Positions 10,621-25,700 of a stretch of 64,000 nucleotides of DNA are shown here, piece by piece. The position numbers were made by a program, and so were the translations under genes. Under the pieces are notes generated by a model. That model had not been told where the DNA came from. It searched no databases and worked only from the letters and a program-made list of their open reading frames with translations. The DNA is taken from NCBI RefSeq assembly GCF_947623445.1, contig NC_135244.1, forward strand, positions 13,014,860 through 13,078,859, given 5' to 3'. How positions within the stretch are numbered: the first letter of the stretch is position 1; every line of letters starts with the position of its first letter. Source of the stretch: Clavelina lepadiformis. Its lineage: Eukaryota.

Positions 10621-13600
10621 GGAACACGATTTCCTCAACCTTGAACGCCACGTTGGTTAATCGACCACAGTAAAAACGAATGATTTCAGTAATGATATCC
10701 CAAACGAAGGCGTTAGGCGTTTCGGAAGAACGATTTTTTTACTGATGTCCAAACGGACAAGCTTTCAGTACGCTTACAACTGCAAAACTGGCATACCCTG
10801 AAAATCTACGTGAACAGCTTATTTAGCACGCGAAGACCCGCTTCAGGCAGAAAATAAAATGAGCTCATGGCTTACTGCCTCACGTGTGAAACATAGTGAT
10901 TGTAACATTGTAGTAAAACGCAAACACTGATTTTGAGTCTATGTGAAAAATAGCCCTTGGCTTCTAGGCGTTAACTCAAAAATGTTTTGTAAACACGCGA
11001 TTTAAGTTAATAAGTCTGGCTGCTTGCAAATTGTGATTAGCCGCTTTCATAGAAAACATTGAGCTGAGCACAAAATTAAATATGACTTTTGGCCTGTATT
11101 CAATTTATTAGAAGTTACGATACAATTTTTAATAAGACACCTTAAAGTGGCATTTTCGATGTTACTAAAAAGAAAACATGGAGTTTTAAGTAAGCTAAGT
11201 TGTTACAAACTTAACGTTTGAGGACACATATTGCCCTGATGCTTCAAAGCACAGTATAGTCTTAGCGAACAACCAAACACTAGAATAATAGCAATTAAAT
11301 TTCCACGCCTAAAATTTTATGTTGTGTGAAATTTAATCATTTTTTGTGGAAATTCTTCAGAGGTATATATTTACAAAATATACAGTTTTAGCGAGTTGTT
11401 GTTGTAATTTAAAATCTATTGAAAGTTATGAAGCATTTCGGTATTTAAAAGACATATTTTATTTTAGTAAACCTTATATGTGAAGTGAAAAACAAAGTAC
11501 ACAAGACAGATTTGTGTGATGTCGATTAATAATGAAAAACTGCAACATTACTTCTAAATAACTTAAGATATTCACAATGCAATGCTTAAGATCTTCACAA
11601 AGTGCATCTGGAGCAATTAATTTCCATAACTTGTCAAGTGGTGTACAAAATCGATTCACCATAAATCAAAATAAACAAACGCGTTTTTATTAGAAAGTAA
11701 GCACAAAGACGGTAATTGATGAAGACGCGGTCCTAAAAAGACAAATGGCACCAATGCCTGAAATATGACTCTTTGCAACTCAAACTTCTAATTGAAGCAG
11801 TTTGTCCGGCAATTCCTGCAGTTAATTCTGATTCGAAATCTTTGCATTCGTCGAATGCCTCTTCGTTTTCTCCGTAACGATACTTGGGTTTTTAGTTCCG
11901 ACTGGTTATTTTTAGCAAAATTCTCCGCATCAGGTACTGAAAGGAAAACGGATATTATAGTTATAGCATACATAGTAAAAATAAACTATACTTCCACCTT
12001 TTAACACTGGTCATTAATTTTGTTCACTAGAACCTAAAATCGATGCTGTTCATTGTCACGTTGATTAAACAAAGTTGATAAGATAATGGTGAACAGACGG
12101 AATAGTTTTATGTTCTTCATTGCTGTCCCACACTAATAAATTTTTTACAGATTGACGTCCATTATTACTTCCAATATTACAACTAAATCAAATGATATAC
12201 GTTCTCCATTGGTATAGACTATAGAGTATAGAGTGTCGGCTAAAGTTCTAGGACCTAAATCACCGGCAGAAAAAGGTGTAATTAGCTCCCAGGGAAACAC
12301 CCTCGTGATTTGCGAATAGATTTTATCTGATTGATAATGTCGTGAACCCCTGAATAACTTTACCTCAGTCACGATAAATAAAAGCAGCCTGGACTTCATG
12401 ATCAGCAAATAAAAATTTCACATACGTGTTTTTCATAGGCCGTAGCTTGTAGATTAATAACTGTAAGTGAGCACCGTATTGATAATAAAACACGTTAGTT
12501 CGTTTCAGTACGCTTCACGCTACTTGGTTCGCAGCTTATGTAATGATTTTTTGACTAATCAGACACAAGAATTTTGTAATGTTAACACGACTTTACAAGA
12601 GTAACAGATTTCCTACCTTTTCTATAGACTGGAAGCTAACTTTGTTAACAAAAAACAAATTTAACACTAGGGTTTTTTCTTTATAATTTTTACTAGTGAC
12701 TAGTGTCATTGTAACGTTGGAAATGATTTGTTTGCGATGTAAAACTATAAGAACAGTTATACACAAACGTGAACCTACAACGACATTCATGTGCGCGACG
12801 TTCTGTCGTCTTATTAAGTGACTGGAGCCAAAAAAGGCGATTGAAATACTGTTATTAAGCCTACCTTTAATATTTCAACTCATGCTCATTATAATCTGAT
12901 TACAGTCTACTATACATTTCACGACAGCCAACACATTTTCTTGAAACCGGTAATGTCAGAAATGACATTTGCAGATTTCTTCTAACAAACTAAAAGTTGC
13001 GACTTAGACTTAATTTACAATTTTCCTAGGAAAAAACTAAAGACACTTACGGCTTCGTTTCGAAAGGCCCATAGAATATTGACAAGGCCGATATAAGCGC
13101 TTCCAGCATCTTCGACATATTAATTCCCTGAAATGGAGCTTGACCATACCCCCTTTCCTTCTCGCTTCGTTATACTGTGCTTTTAACACAAGTACCAATA
13201 GCAAAAGTATTAAATAGTTTAAGCACAGTTTCATAGTCTTCCGCTTTCGGTCATATTCCATGTCCTTCAAACTGTTATTTTTACTGACAAAAAATAAGTT
13301 TTCGTCAGTTACCACAAGTACGGTACCAATGAATTTTACAATGCGAACACAGAGTTCATTACAGGCGGATGCTTTTTTATGCCTGATCTGAATTTTTTTC
13401 GTTTTCGCCTATATGACAGCCTGGCACAGCCAGCTTTAGGCTTATCGCTGTCACGTTATACTTTGCCCGCCGGCCATGTTGTGGCATTTCAATATTCCCG
13501 CTGAAAGCTAACATGTTTGAATGTAACAGAACCCCACGAGGGTAATTTTTTGTACTCAAAATTCACGTTTACGCAACGTTCATCTACTTACGATACTTTT

Positions 13601-15797
13601 CTATGTTAACTACTATCAAAGTGCTATTTTTTTAATTTGCCTTTTTACGGTAGGTATTAGGAAGTTAGAGTAAACTTATTCCATCGAATTCATATATACA
13701 ATAAAATACACAAATAAAATACAAGTACACAAAGCCTACTGTACATGAAATGATACCAACCTACAAATATCACGATTTATCAGAGTCAATATATATTGTG
13801 GACTTGTTGTTACTATGATCACCCACTATTTCTACTACTGCGTACAGGAAAAGGAAAATACTCCTATTTCAATAGCATTGCTTAAGCAAATGAAAACATG
13901 ATATCAGGCGCATGTTTCGCTGTGATGCCACTTCATTTGGTATTTTCAGTGAAGTAAAGGAAACTCCCGGTTGTAAACCGACCCTACCAGCAAAATAAAA
14001 TGCAAATGTGTAACGCAAAAACAGCAAGACGTGACTCACCAACACCTGCTTCAAGGTCTAAACTCTAAAAGTTATATACGGGCGTTGGAAACATGCCCTA
14101 GAGCGCTTATTCGTAAAGCCATATTGCAGTAACTACAGATGTTCACTAAGCATTACCTTTTCATAGCAGTTCTTTTTGTGTCGGTTTTGTTAAGTTAATT
14201 ACTAAAACCTGTGTCGAAAGCATATGACGCATGCCATGGCAACCAGATATTTGAGATCATGAAATGAAGGTTAATGACAGATTCGATTGTTGCACTTTTT
14301 TCAAGATTCCGTAATGGAATCGTAAAGCCTATAACGGAAATACCAACCTTTTTTCCTTTACAGTTTGTCTCTAATTTAAGATCATAGCTATAGTTTTCAT
14401 GTCGGGTCTTTTGATATTTGTGCAAGTTGTTTTCTGGGTGATCTCCCTTATGCCTGATGGGGTCTCCGTGGTAATGCAGTCATGAGAATTCCATTCTCTG
14501 GGATTGAATACATACACATTTACACATCAGAGGCTAGCAAAAACAATGCAAAAAATCTTCTTTAACTATTGTGTGTAGTTTTTCGTTATTTCTGCTTGGA
14601 ATAAAAATCGTCACTAGGACTACGCTGTTTGCAATCCTGTGTACTGCAAATATAACTCGTAATTTAACAGTTATGAAAAAAAAAATCTGCTCATATCGGG
14701 TCGGTAGCGTAGTCGTTAAAGAAAGAGCATTGGGTATATTTTCAGCAAGTTTATACCCAATGTTCCCCGCTTCTCGAATTTACCGAATCCTTCCTCTTTC
14801 CCAACCGAATTTCAGCAAAATTGCATGTGAAGAAGTGCTTTTCGGTACAGTTTCGTATGTATCGCACAATGATAACTTGCAGCCATTGCATACTTGAATT
14901 AATCTCACTCCTGAATGACCTCTAGCGTTAACATAATTCAGATTCTCATTAAACTAGATGACACAGGCGCCCGAGCGCATTTTTATACATTCCAAGGTCA
15001 AATTTTTAGAGACGATTTTCGGTTTTGTTCTCGTACGGAAGTAATGTTTCAATGTTACACGTCGAGAGAGTGCATGTATTTTAACGGAAGCATGGGAGTG
15101 GCCTTCGAACTAAAGCAAACATCTTTCTGCAACAAAGTGACTTTCTGATTTCAAATGTATGCCCTGGCATTTTCCAAACAGGTGCACCTCTTCAATAAAC
15201 GCACGCTTAAGTGTTCCAGTCGCTGCAAATATTGACCTATTACCAACATTCTCAAGCAGAATACAGGGCTTTATAAAATTTGTCCTCCTACGTCTCTTAA
15301 ATCAGTCGTTTCCCTCTGAGAAAATATTAAGCAAAATTCTATAGACAATAATTTATATGAAAGCGCCATGATGTTCGTCAAAATGTTGTTTTTATACGCA
15401 TGATTCCAGGAAACTTACAAAACAAAAACGTAGCCTACAAACGTTTATATTGTCCACTGACTTACCATGGTTAATTTTTTGAAAAATTTGGGTGGTGCGA
15501 TGGCCTTGCTACGCCCCCGTAGTCAACCCATATGTTAAATAAATTGAATCGAATCCCTGAAACACCTCAACACTTGCGGAACTCCTCTATGTGCAAAACA
15601 AACATTATCTGGCCTCAAACACGTACATAAATAAAACAATGTTCATTTACAAACTTTGCATCAAAAATGTTAAATGGCAAAATTCATCAAGCAATGCATA
15701 ACTAAACTATACATATATGAATTATATCGATGTTAATAAAGGGGTTGACGTGTACTGCATAAAACTGAAGAAAGACCAGCTGCTATAAAAATGCTCT

Positions 15798-17153
15798 CTA
15801 TATATGTGCAGAGGTGGGCAGTCGGTAGATTAAAGATAAAGGTGCCGGGACTTGAAAAAGAATGTACTGAGGGTAACGGTATTCGGCACCTTTTCAAAAC
15901 AGGACTTTGGTAGTTAGTCGGTACTCTGTACTTTTTATACGATTGATCCTGCTAATAATGCAATTTTTGCCCTTAATATGGCCAAGTTACATGATACCTT
16001 AAGTCGGCGGTGCCCAAACTTCTTTCACTGGGAGCACTAAAAGTTAACGAGTGAGCGGCACTAACTATCTGTGAATACCGCTGCTATGCCTACAACGTAA
16101 TGAAAGTCGAGAAGAACATTCACAATTAGCGTTGGCGGTAAAATCCACTTTGTAACCGAAAATGGTAAACAGTAGGCCTAGGTCTAGAAAACATCTCTCC
16201 AAGTCACAAAATGTAACGACTCGCTTGCCTACTCTAATATGTACTGTGGCCGTCTGCGTTTGTACGTGTTGAAGATGCCCAAAATAACGTAAGCTATTTA
16301 TGCCTCCATATATTGTTTAAGGTTAAAAGTTCATCTCGGCATTGCAAATGCTCAGCAGAACAGCTAACAAATGAAAAACTGATTAAACTTTATTTACGAA
16401 CTTACAAACGTAATGTTAAGTTAGGTACTCGGTAGTCAACCAAATTAGAAACGGAACCGTACATAAAAAAGCAATTAACGCAAAACTGTTAATTAAGGAG
16501 GAAAACGAAAAGTTAACAGGAAAATGTCTGAAGCATGGCGCTTGCCGCCACAGTACCACAAACCCTAAGTCTACCCAGCACTACATAACACAAAAACTAA
16601 TAGAATTGTTCTGATGATTTTACTCCGAATATGGGCGGACATCAATAAAGGACGACAATTTTTTATCGTTCGTAATGGGAGTAGCTATGCAAAAATACGT
16701 CACATACAGTATTGAAGGTCACAAGCCATATTGAAATAAAATTTGTTGGTTTTGGACTCTCAAATGTTAGTTTCATATTTCTTCATTTAAAGTTACGCGT
16801 GAACACGATGATGATGGGCCACTAAAAAAGAGGTGGTGGACAGCAGCTGGCTCTCGGGCTATAGTTTGGACACCCCTGCTCTAGGTCACAACATATGTAA
16901 ACTCTAGACATTTATGAAAAAACAGCCAATGTTGAAAGTAGGCATTAGGGTTTAATTCAAATGAACTTTAGAAATATATACTTCTCAAAACCTTTGCCTT
17001 AATTACCTTAAAGGTACCAAGTACTGGGACCGACTAAAACTTCTTGAAAAAAGGAATTTGGTACATTTTTTCAAAAGTGCCAACAGTACTGGTTTCAGTA
17101 GTGAAAAATTACCGCGGTACAATAATTCAGTACTATAGTACTGCCCACCTCTG
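15798..17153. mobile_element. DNA transposon remnant with ~130-bp imperfect TIRs beginning CAGAGGTGGGCAGT
   Basis: CAGAGGTGGGCAGT at 15798 and its reverse complement ACTGCCCACCTCTG ending 17153. The subterminal regions share GGTRCC, AGTCGGTMC and TTTTCAAAA blocks (~70% identity). No clean TSD, so the element is old. Confidence 0.5.
16015..16878. mobile_element. nested hAT-MITE-like element (family A termini, degenerate)
   Basis: 3' end GTTTGGACACCCCTG (16864-16878) matches the family-A TIR. The 5' CGGCGGTGCCCAAAC at 16015 is a degenerate copy. Flanks CCTTAAGT and CTCTAGGT are only 5/8 identical. Confidence 0.3.
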
Positions 17154-17400
17154 AAATATATGATACACAAACGAACCTGAATCATCATGGAAAGACACAA
17201 AACAGAAAATAATAATTAATTGCTATTCATGTCAAAATGAATACGAGACAAGAAACAGAGAACTATATGAACCATTCTACGCATAATCAAAAAAGACAAA
17301 TATACAAAACTATAAGTAAATAAAAATGCAGTCTTGATTCTGAAAACTACAATACAGAAAGACCTTTGTGTTGATTGAAGCTTGAAGTACTCTATTATCA

Positions 17401-17499
<99 letters not shown>

Positions 17500-19585
17500 C
17501 TAAAAAATTAAGACTAAGTTTTAAAAATGCCAAATTTTAATAGCTTTAAAATTGATTATGCCCTAGCTTATAGATTATATTACATACCAAAATTAAATAA
17601 ACTCAAAAATTAGTGTGTCAAAACACACATTAAAAACAACAAACTTCAGAAAATTGATGTTTGTTGCTGTACTGGTAACTGCCCTTTGCACAGATATTGA
17701 AGCTAATAATAATTCTTACAATGAAATTAATACTAGTAATAACAAATTTCAAAATAAAAACACAACACCAATTCATGTGGATAGAATTTCGTACAAGATA
17801 TTTACTGTACATATATATTTATCACTATCAAACTCTTAAATCATCAATGTCGCACCCATAGGCATCATGGGGCCCTGTTAGAGGTTTTCATTGTTGTGTA
17901 TGCCCAGTAATGACAATACTCTTCAATTAAGCAGTATACAGTTATTGGGAACACTCTGGCCAGTGGCAATTGATCGAAACAAACCAATTTCACATAAGGA
18001 TTGTACTGATTGGGATAATATAACAGAGAGTGGTATAGAATTTGCATTTGTGGTATTTTTCAGAATTGCAGCGGCAAGCAGGTTGTTACATTAGTGTGCT
18101 CATATATTGCAAAACTTATTTAAAATTGCATAAAACCAATCATTTTTGACTTATACTTAGTGTTAAACTTAACCAAGTGTAAAACAATTTATTCATTGTG
18201 CAGCTTGTATTTGAAAAATAAATTGAAAATTGCTGTCTTAGATCATGAGAACAGAGCAGACCTATGTTATGGTACTACCACAGGTAGAGTCCTTTGTGGA
18301 CTTGATTAAAGTTACTGTATTTATAGATTATTATTAGATAGTATATTTGGAATTATATTTTAATATAGTTATTCAGCAATGCGGCTAAGAACTCAATGTA
18401 ACTGCCACAATGAAAGAGGGTTTTGGGCTAAAAAAATAACAAATAATGGGGATTGGGGTGACAGACTTTAATTGCCCAGCTTTTGAAAATAAATAAAACA
18501 AACATAGAAAAGTTCTTAGTAACACTGAACAGACCCGAAACTTCAACCACTATTTTGTCATAAAACAAGATGTGGCAGTATGAAGATGGTAAGTTAAGTG
18601 TCTATGCACCTGACATGTGAACAAGCTCTTGTTGGAAAATGTAGGATATCAGCATCAGTGGAGCTGCATACCTACCCTACACCAATTGGAGTTGATCCAT
18701 GGCGAAGGGGCACTAAGTCTTGAAGCAGCTTTCCAAGAATGTTTCATGACCAGAAAGAAAAAAAAATGAAAAAGACTAGTACAAACAACAGCAAAAATGA
18801 AAGTAAAAATATCATCAAGGGAGAATGAAAAAAAAACCTACAAAACTAAAGTGATGGCCAACAAAAGTTTACAATAATCGATAATGATGACAGAAAACCT
18901 TACTGCGATGAACAAATGTTGGTAAAAAAGTGTAAAATTTCTAAACAATTTTTTACAGACACTGGAGCTAGAGTATTGAAACGGATGGCCACTTTTAGTG
19001 CAGGCACAAATCATATGCCATGTCTTCAAACCTCTTGGTATCATTAAGCCATGTGGATGCAATTGGTTTTATAGATAAGTTATATAAAACATTTTCTTTG
19101 TTATCATTTTTATACTACCATTGTAGTATTTATATGGCCTACTGAGTACTATTATTTTATGAATCTGCCCTCCTTGCAATATCTTACATTGCCTCCTCCT
19201 TACATATGAGAAACTATGATATGAGAAATCATACTTCATGGGTGGGAAAATAGCTATGACCCACCATGCCGATCTTCATCTGTGCGCAAACGATGTATGC
19301 ATAACGTACGTGTGTTAGCATAACAAAAGCACGTATGCAGAAAACTCACTGCGTTGTTGCACAATAAAACATTTAGCGTAATCAAAGCAATTATCCACGT
19401 ATGCATATGCATGAATAAATATTTTTGTTTTATCACAATGCTTTGTCTTTGCATCACTCACACTACACGTTTGTGAATACAAGCAACCCTGTTCTGTTGT
19501 TCAAAAGCTTTAGCTTGCAGAAGGTAGCATCAAGGTACTTGGCAGTTTCACCTTTGATGTCTGTGTTTAGTATTTACTGTAGTTA

Positions 19586-21663
19586 CAGGAGTTGAGTTAT
19601 TTGTAGTAATTAAGCATATATGTACAATATTTATTCAAATTTTTAGCAATCTTACAATGTTGGCAAAACGAAGAAAAGTTGATGCTGAGTGCCGAGGTTT
19701 TAATGAAGTATGGGAGAACAAGTACTTTTTCACTAACCATTTTGGTAGACCCACATGTTTGATTTACAAAGTTTCTGATGCTGTAAACAAGAAATTCAAT
19801 ATAAAGCGCCATTATGACACAAAGCATGGCAATTTTTCCATTGTTCACAGGTCAAACAAGGAAAGACAGACTGAACCAACTTAGAAATAGCTTGAATCAG
19901 CAGAGTTTGGTATTCCAAAAACAAACCATTAAATCAAAAAATATTACTCTTGCTAACTACAAGGTAGCAAAATTAATAGCAGAAGACAAGAGACCATTTA
20001 CTGATAGGGAATTTGCAAAAAAATGTATGATGGCTGTTGTTGAAACCATTTGTCCGGAGAAAAAAAGCTATTTTCAGATGTCAGTCTTTCAGCAACAACC
20101 GTAACCCGACAATAGAAGAGCTGTCTGAGAATGTGAAATCTAGCCAGAAAGACTGCTTTGAAGATTTACAGTTTTTCTCAATAGCAATAGATAAGAGCAC
20201 AGACATGACAGATTTGCTAGCAGTATTTGTGTGTGGAATAAACGAAGAATTTCATGTTGTTGAGGACTTTGTTCAATTGGATCCTATCAAGGGTACTACT
20301 GCAGGAAGCAATATTATGAAGGCATTACTTCAATGTCTTGAAGTCATGAATCTGAATCTCTCAAAACTGGTGTCAATAGCAACTGATGGAGCACCGTCAA
20401 TGGTTGGGAAAAATAAAGGTGTCGTGTATTGGCTTCAAAAACACATAGAAAGCCAAGGAATTAATATCAACATTTTGGAATTATACTGTCTCATTCACCA
20501 GCAGGCCTTGTGCGTAAAAGTGCCAAGCTTGAAGGACGTAATAGTGAAGTCTGTAAACTTCATTCTGTCTCGAGGATTGAACCATCATCAATTTCGCCAA
20601 CTACTAAGCAGAGAATCAGTATGGTGACTTGCTTTATTTCTGCAAAATCCGCTGGCTCAGTCGAGGCGATATTCTACAAAGAGTGTACACACTGAGAGAA
20701 GAAATAGCAACCTTCCTTGAAAATAAAAACATGAAAGCTGAAAAATTTTGCGATCCAGAAAGGGTTTCTAATTTGGCATTTCTGGTTGATTTAACATTGC
20801 ATTTGAATAAGTTGGACTTGCAGCATCAGGGGAAGCATCAAATGATACACGAGATGTGGAGATACGCACATTTGAGACAAAACTACGACTCTGGGAAAAG
20901 TTAGCTGGAAAATGCAAATTATGCTCACTTTGCTACACTGCGAGAGAGCAAACCTACAAGCAGTACTTTATTTATTTCTTTGATACGACATTTAAAAACT
21001 GAATTTTCATCCTGCTTAGTTGATGTTCGTTCTCTCAAAAATGATATCAAATTATTCAGTAATCCATTTGATGTACAAGTGGATGCAGTACAAGAGAAGT
21101 ATCAAATGAAACTAGTCGAGCTGCAATGCAGTAACAACTTAAAGTCAAAATTTCACACCATTATCATTGCATGACTTTTATAAGAAATATCTTATACAAA
21201 TATCGAACAATATCCCAACTTGATCAATCATGCCAAAAAGACGGCATCAATGCTTGGTAGCACTTACACGTGTGAACAACTACTTTCGTCAATGAAACTC
21301 ACCAAGAGCAAGCTTAGAACACAGCTTACTGATAACCACTTGCAAGATGTTATGCTTCTTGCCTCATCCAACCTATCGCCTGAGCTTACAAAACTTTCTA
21401 GCATGAAGCAACACCAAATATCACATTAATTTTATACTGTCAATAAATGTATTTTGTGTTTTCGTTATGAATTGTTACTACTTTTGTTAGGATTAATCTA
21501 TAGCTAAGTAAGGTGATAATTTCATAAAAATGACTTAAATTCGCGAACTTTAATAGAATCATAAAAAGGGAAGGAAACGGAATTGTTAGTGGAAAATTAG
21601 TATAGTTGATATCTTGCAGAGTTTGGTTTTGGCCAGCGGCTAGAGAAAGGTTGCCAACCCCTG
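19586..21663. mobile_element. hAT-superfamily DNA transposon, autonomous-type copy with decayed transposase
   Basis: 3' terminus ...GGTTGCCAACCCCTG ends at 21663 and is rc-related to the 5' CAGGAGTTGAG at 19586. Flanks CTGTAGTT and CTGTAGAA are 6/8 identical. Internal transposase ORFs are listed separately. Confidence 0.55.
19657..21429 (+). pseudogene. hAT transposase, frameshifted into >=7 ORF pieces
   Basis: N-terminus KRRKVDAECRGFNEVWENKYFF, as in ZBED5/ZMYM6/FAM200-type domesticated hAT. Downstream fragments FVCGINEEFHVVEDFV, SIATDGAPSMVGKNKG and LYFCKIRWLSRGDILQRV are hAT dimerisation-region-like. Three frames are used, so it is not intact. Confidence 0.7.
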
Positions 21664-23608
21664 CTGTAGAAAATGTTCCAAACTTTCACCAGTTATATTT
21701 GATCATGCGGCTGATCAGCAAACACTTTTGATCTTTGATCAACAGTTTTTTCCACATAGAAAATAAACTGGATTTCCACTGCAGCTGATGTGGGCTAAGC
21801 TTTGTGTAGAAACACACCTGTAGCTTGAGGAATGTTTGAGCTTGAGAAGTTTATTATTGTTTCCTGATCTCAATTGGCAAACAGTTGCAACAGTTGCTTA
21901 AAACAGTGAGAGGCAAGTCCAAAAACAAGTTGGCCTTAAGTCAAATAGTTGTCCGGTCAGTGTAGTGGGAAGCTGCTGTAAACAAGTTACCCATCTGGGA
22001 AACACATGTTCCGAAGACGACAGCAAGCCAGTGTCACAAAAATCTTTAATGCAGCATTTGTTTTAAATTGTTGTCACTTTTGCAGTTATTAAATCTGTAT
22101 CGATGTTTAAATAAGCATACAACAACAGAGTACAATGGTAATATGTAGGTAGCATGCATTAAAAAAAGAGATAAAATTACTTTAGTGTCTTGCCAGCAAG
22201 ATTCATGCATCAAGCAGCATCTGTCAAAATGCTACAAAGTTTTTATTCAGTGTTCCGATTACGCGCAAGGTATCATCATCAACAATAGTATCAATTATGA
22301 CACTGTTGTTAACACTTTCGTCAAGGAAAACTCAGTTAACGAAGAAGGTTTCTATTGGAGTCTTCAAGCTTCTCACATGTACTTCAACATACATTTTCTA
22401 AGCAACATCAGCTTTATCTATGACCAAAAATACCTCTTTTCATCAAGCACTTTTTCACTTCCTTTTTGCGAGGCTCGGTTGGCAACGCTTGCTGGGGTAG
22501 CATTTTCAGATGTTATCACAGAGTCAGGTTTTATTGCAGCATGATTCAGCTCGTGAAGAGTCAAAAATGTTGAGATTATCTTATCAATACATTCATGTGG
22601 TTGCACTTGCTTGATGAATGTTTGTTCTGCATTCAATGCACTTTAATCTGTCTCTTTAATCCAGCTTGATGTTGCTTTTTATTTTGATGACTTTGTACAA
22701 AGTTTTTTTATTGTACTTAATTAAAGCTTCACAAAAATTGTGTCTTAAATCATCCCCAGGATTGGTAGTAAATTCATTTTGGAACTTTCTAAAAATCTGT
22801 CTAATAAGATAATTTACATTGGTTAGGCATTTTGCTACTATACAGTTTTTATAATAAGTCTAAACATAATGTATTTTCTGAAGAGAGCGTGACATAACAA
22901 AAAAAGATAATGCTATGTAAGGATGTGCCTTGAGGAATTTTATTTGGGTTCATGCAAACCCGAATATCATACAGGTTGACACATGCGAATCCAAAATCTA
23001 TTTGCATCAACATCAATAAATGATCTTGATTGCGAGGAATCTAAACCTTTTTTAGCTTAGCCACCAAAGTTGATAGGTTTACAAATAATAACGTATTCAA
23101 GTTTGTCATTCTTGGACGTTCATCTTTGCCCGAATCTTCCAAGCAGGTTATATTCACGAGTTTGGGTTTGTTTAAGTCCGACCCTATATTTGAGTATAAT
23201 CAGAAACAAAACTGAAACAACTTCAACACCTGTAGATGATAATTTCACACAATGAACAATTCTTAGTTGGATACAGTAATGTTAAGTTACAGTGTTTGTT
23301 GACTATATGTGTTTGTTTTTAATTTGAAATGTTTTTATTGTATATTAAAGATTAAATTATTTGCCAGGCCTTAGGGTTGCTTTTCTGGATGTTTTCATTA
23401 CCTACCTACTTGTACTATGCATTCATTGTATAATACAAAAAATAGCCATATTAGAGACCAAATTAAATACCGTCAACTGTACCCTTTCTATGTATGTTTT
23501 AGGAAATTGCAGTTTTTCCCAAATTTAGCGCTGTCCACCAAAAACATTGCACAAGCACAAGCTTAACGCAATCCAAGGGCATTATTGCTATGGAGTAATA
23601 ATTAATTA

Positions 23609-23851
<243 letters not shown>

Positions 23852-24002
23852 CTAGATATGAACGCATGAAATGAAACAATATCTTTAAAAAGTCACAAAA
23901 AGCCATCTATTCATAATGTCAAAAGCAACCAACAACCATGACAAAATTTGGCATATAAGTAGCGAGAAAGAAGAATGTATGCTGCATTAATACGGTAATT
24001 TA

Positions 24003-24272
<270 letters not shown>

Positions 24273-24739
24273 CTAGGTATGTAGCACTCGTTTGTAGTAC
24301 TTACATTAGAACGTAAATTAATCTGTAATTTGAGATATATGAAACAAAACAATCAAAACTGATATGGTTTCATTAACAGGATGTACTAAATCAACTTCAT
24401 TTCTGGGTTAATGTAAAACATGGTGAGGATTCTTCGTTAATTAATCCTGACACCATATTTCAATGTACATAAATCTGTTTTATTTAATGTCTAACTTAGT
24501 CTTGTTCAGGATGTTTTTCATTCTATTTCATCTGGGTAATAATAATTTAGCCAAGGTTTACCAACATGCAGCCCAGCGGATGACATGCAGTTTGAGCAAA
24601 GTTCAAGTGAAACTTGATGTCATGTTCAAAAGTCAAGAAATGTGTTTTTCTGGAGAATATCAAAAATCAAACTAGTTTACACAACTTAATCAGCAACATG
24701 TAGACTCGATGTAAGGCAGTTTAAGTAAACAATCACAGT

Positions 24740-25700
24740 TTGGCGATTTTAACACTAAAAATTTACTATCAGAGACTACTACTACCAGAGATCTACTTCG
24801 TAAAAGCAGAAGGAACAACCAACCTTACCATTTTATTAGCAACAAATTTTAAAAAAGCTTTCGATTCTATTGACCATAAATGGTTCTACCATGTGCTCAT
24901 GAAAATGAATTTTCCCACACATTTTGAATTCGGTTCAAGATATTAACACTGATGCAACATTGAAAGTTTTAGTCAACAGCTTCATGACAAACAAGATAGA
25001 ATTAAACAAAGGAGTTAGACAAAGTAACACGCTTAGCCTCTACTAATTCCTCATTACAGTGCATTGCAACCACTTATTTCCCACGTAAATCAAAATACCC
25101 TAATCTGTGGAATTAACAGTACAGGCAAAAAATAAATTAAACGGTTTGCTACGCCGATGATACAACCTTTTTACTAAAAGATCAGCTTTCGATTAATGAA
25201 ACAATTTGCACTCTGGAAAAATTTACCCTCGCATCTGGACTATACTTGAATGCCTAAAAAAACTTACGTTTGACGTCAGCACATGTCCAAATTAACTGGA
25301 CAACTTCTTTTCTGCAACTTTTAGGAACATTCATTGGCCACAACAACATTGACGACGTATGGGCTGTCCCGTTAAAAACTTTCAAGAAAAAAATAAAACA
25401 CATTTCCAAATTTTATAATACCTTTGAAGAAAAAAATGTTCCCCTCAAATGAAAACTTTATCCTTAACTTCCTATCAAGCACAGACCCGTCCACTTCCCA
25501 TCCAAGTTAGACATAAACTAAATAAACTTGTCAATCGTTTTATAAGTTTTATAACCAAAAAAACCCATACAAACCTAACGTTAGCAAATTTTCAAAACCC
25601 ACTGGACAAAAGCGGTTATAATGACCTCAATATTGGTATTTATGCTAACCTTTTTTTTAAAAAAAACAAATTACCCATTACATTTATAATAGGCTTTTTT
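24740..25700 (+). mobile_element. non-LTR retrotransposon (LINE) reverse-transcriptase fragment, degraded
   Basis: RT motifs KAFDSIDHKWFYHVLMKMNFP, GVRQSNTLS, and FAYADDTTFL (gtttgctacgccgatgatacaaccttttta near 25141-25170), interrupted by stops and frameshifts. Confidence 0.6.
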
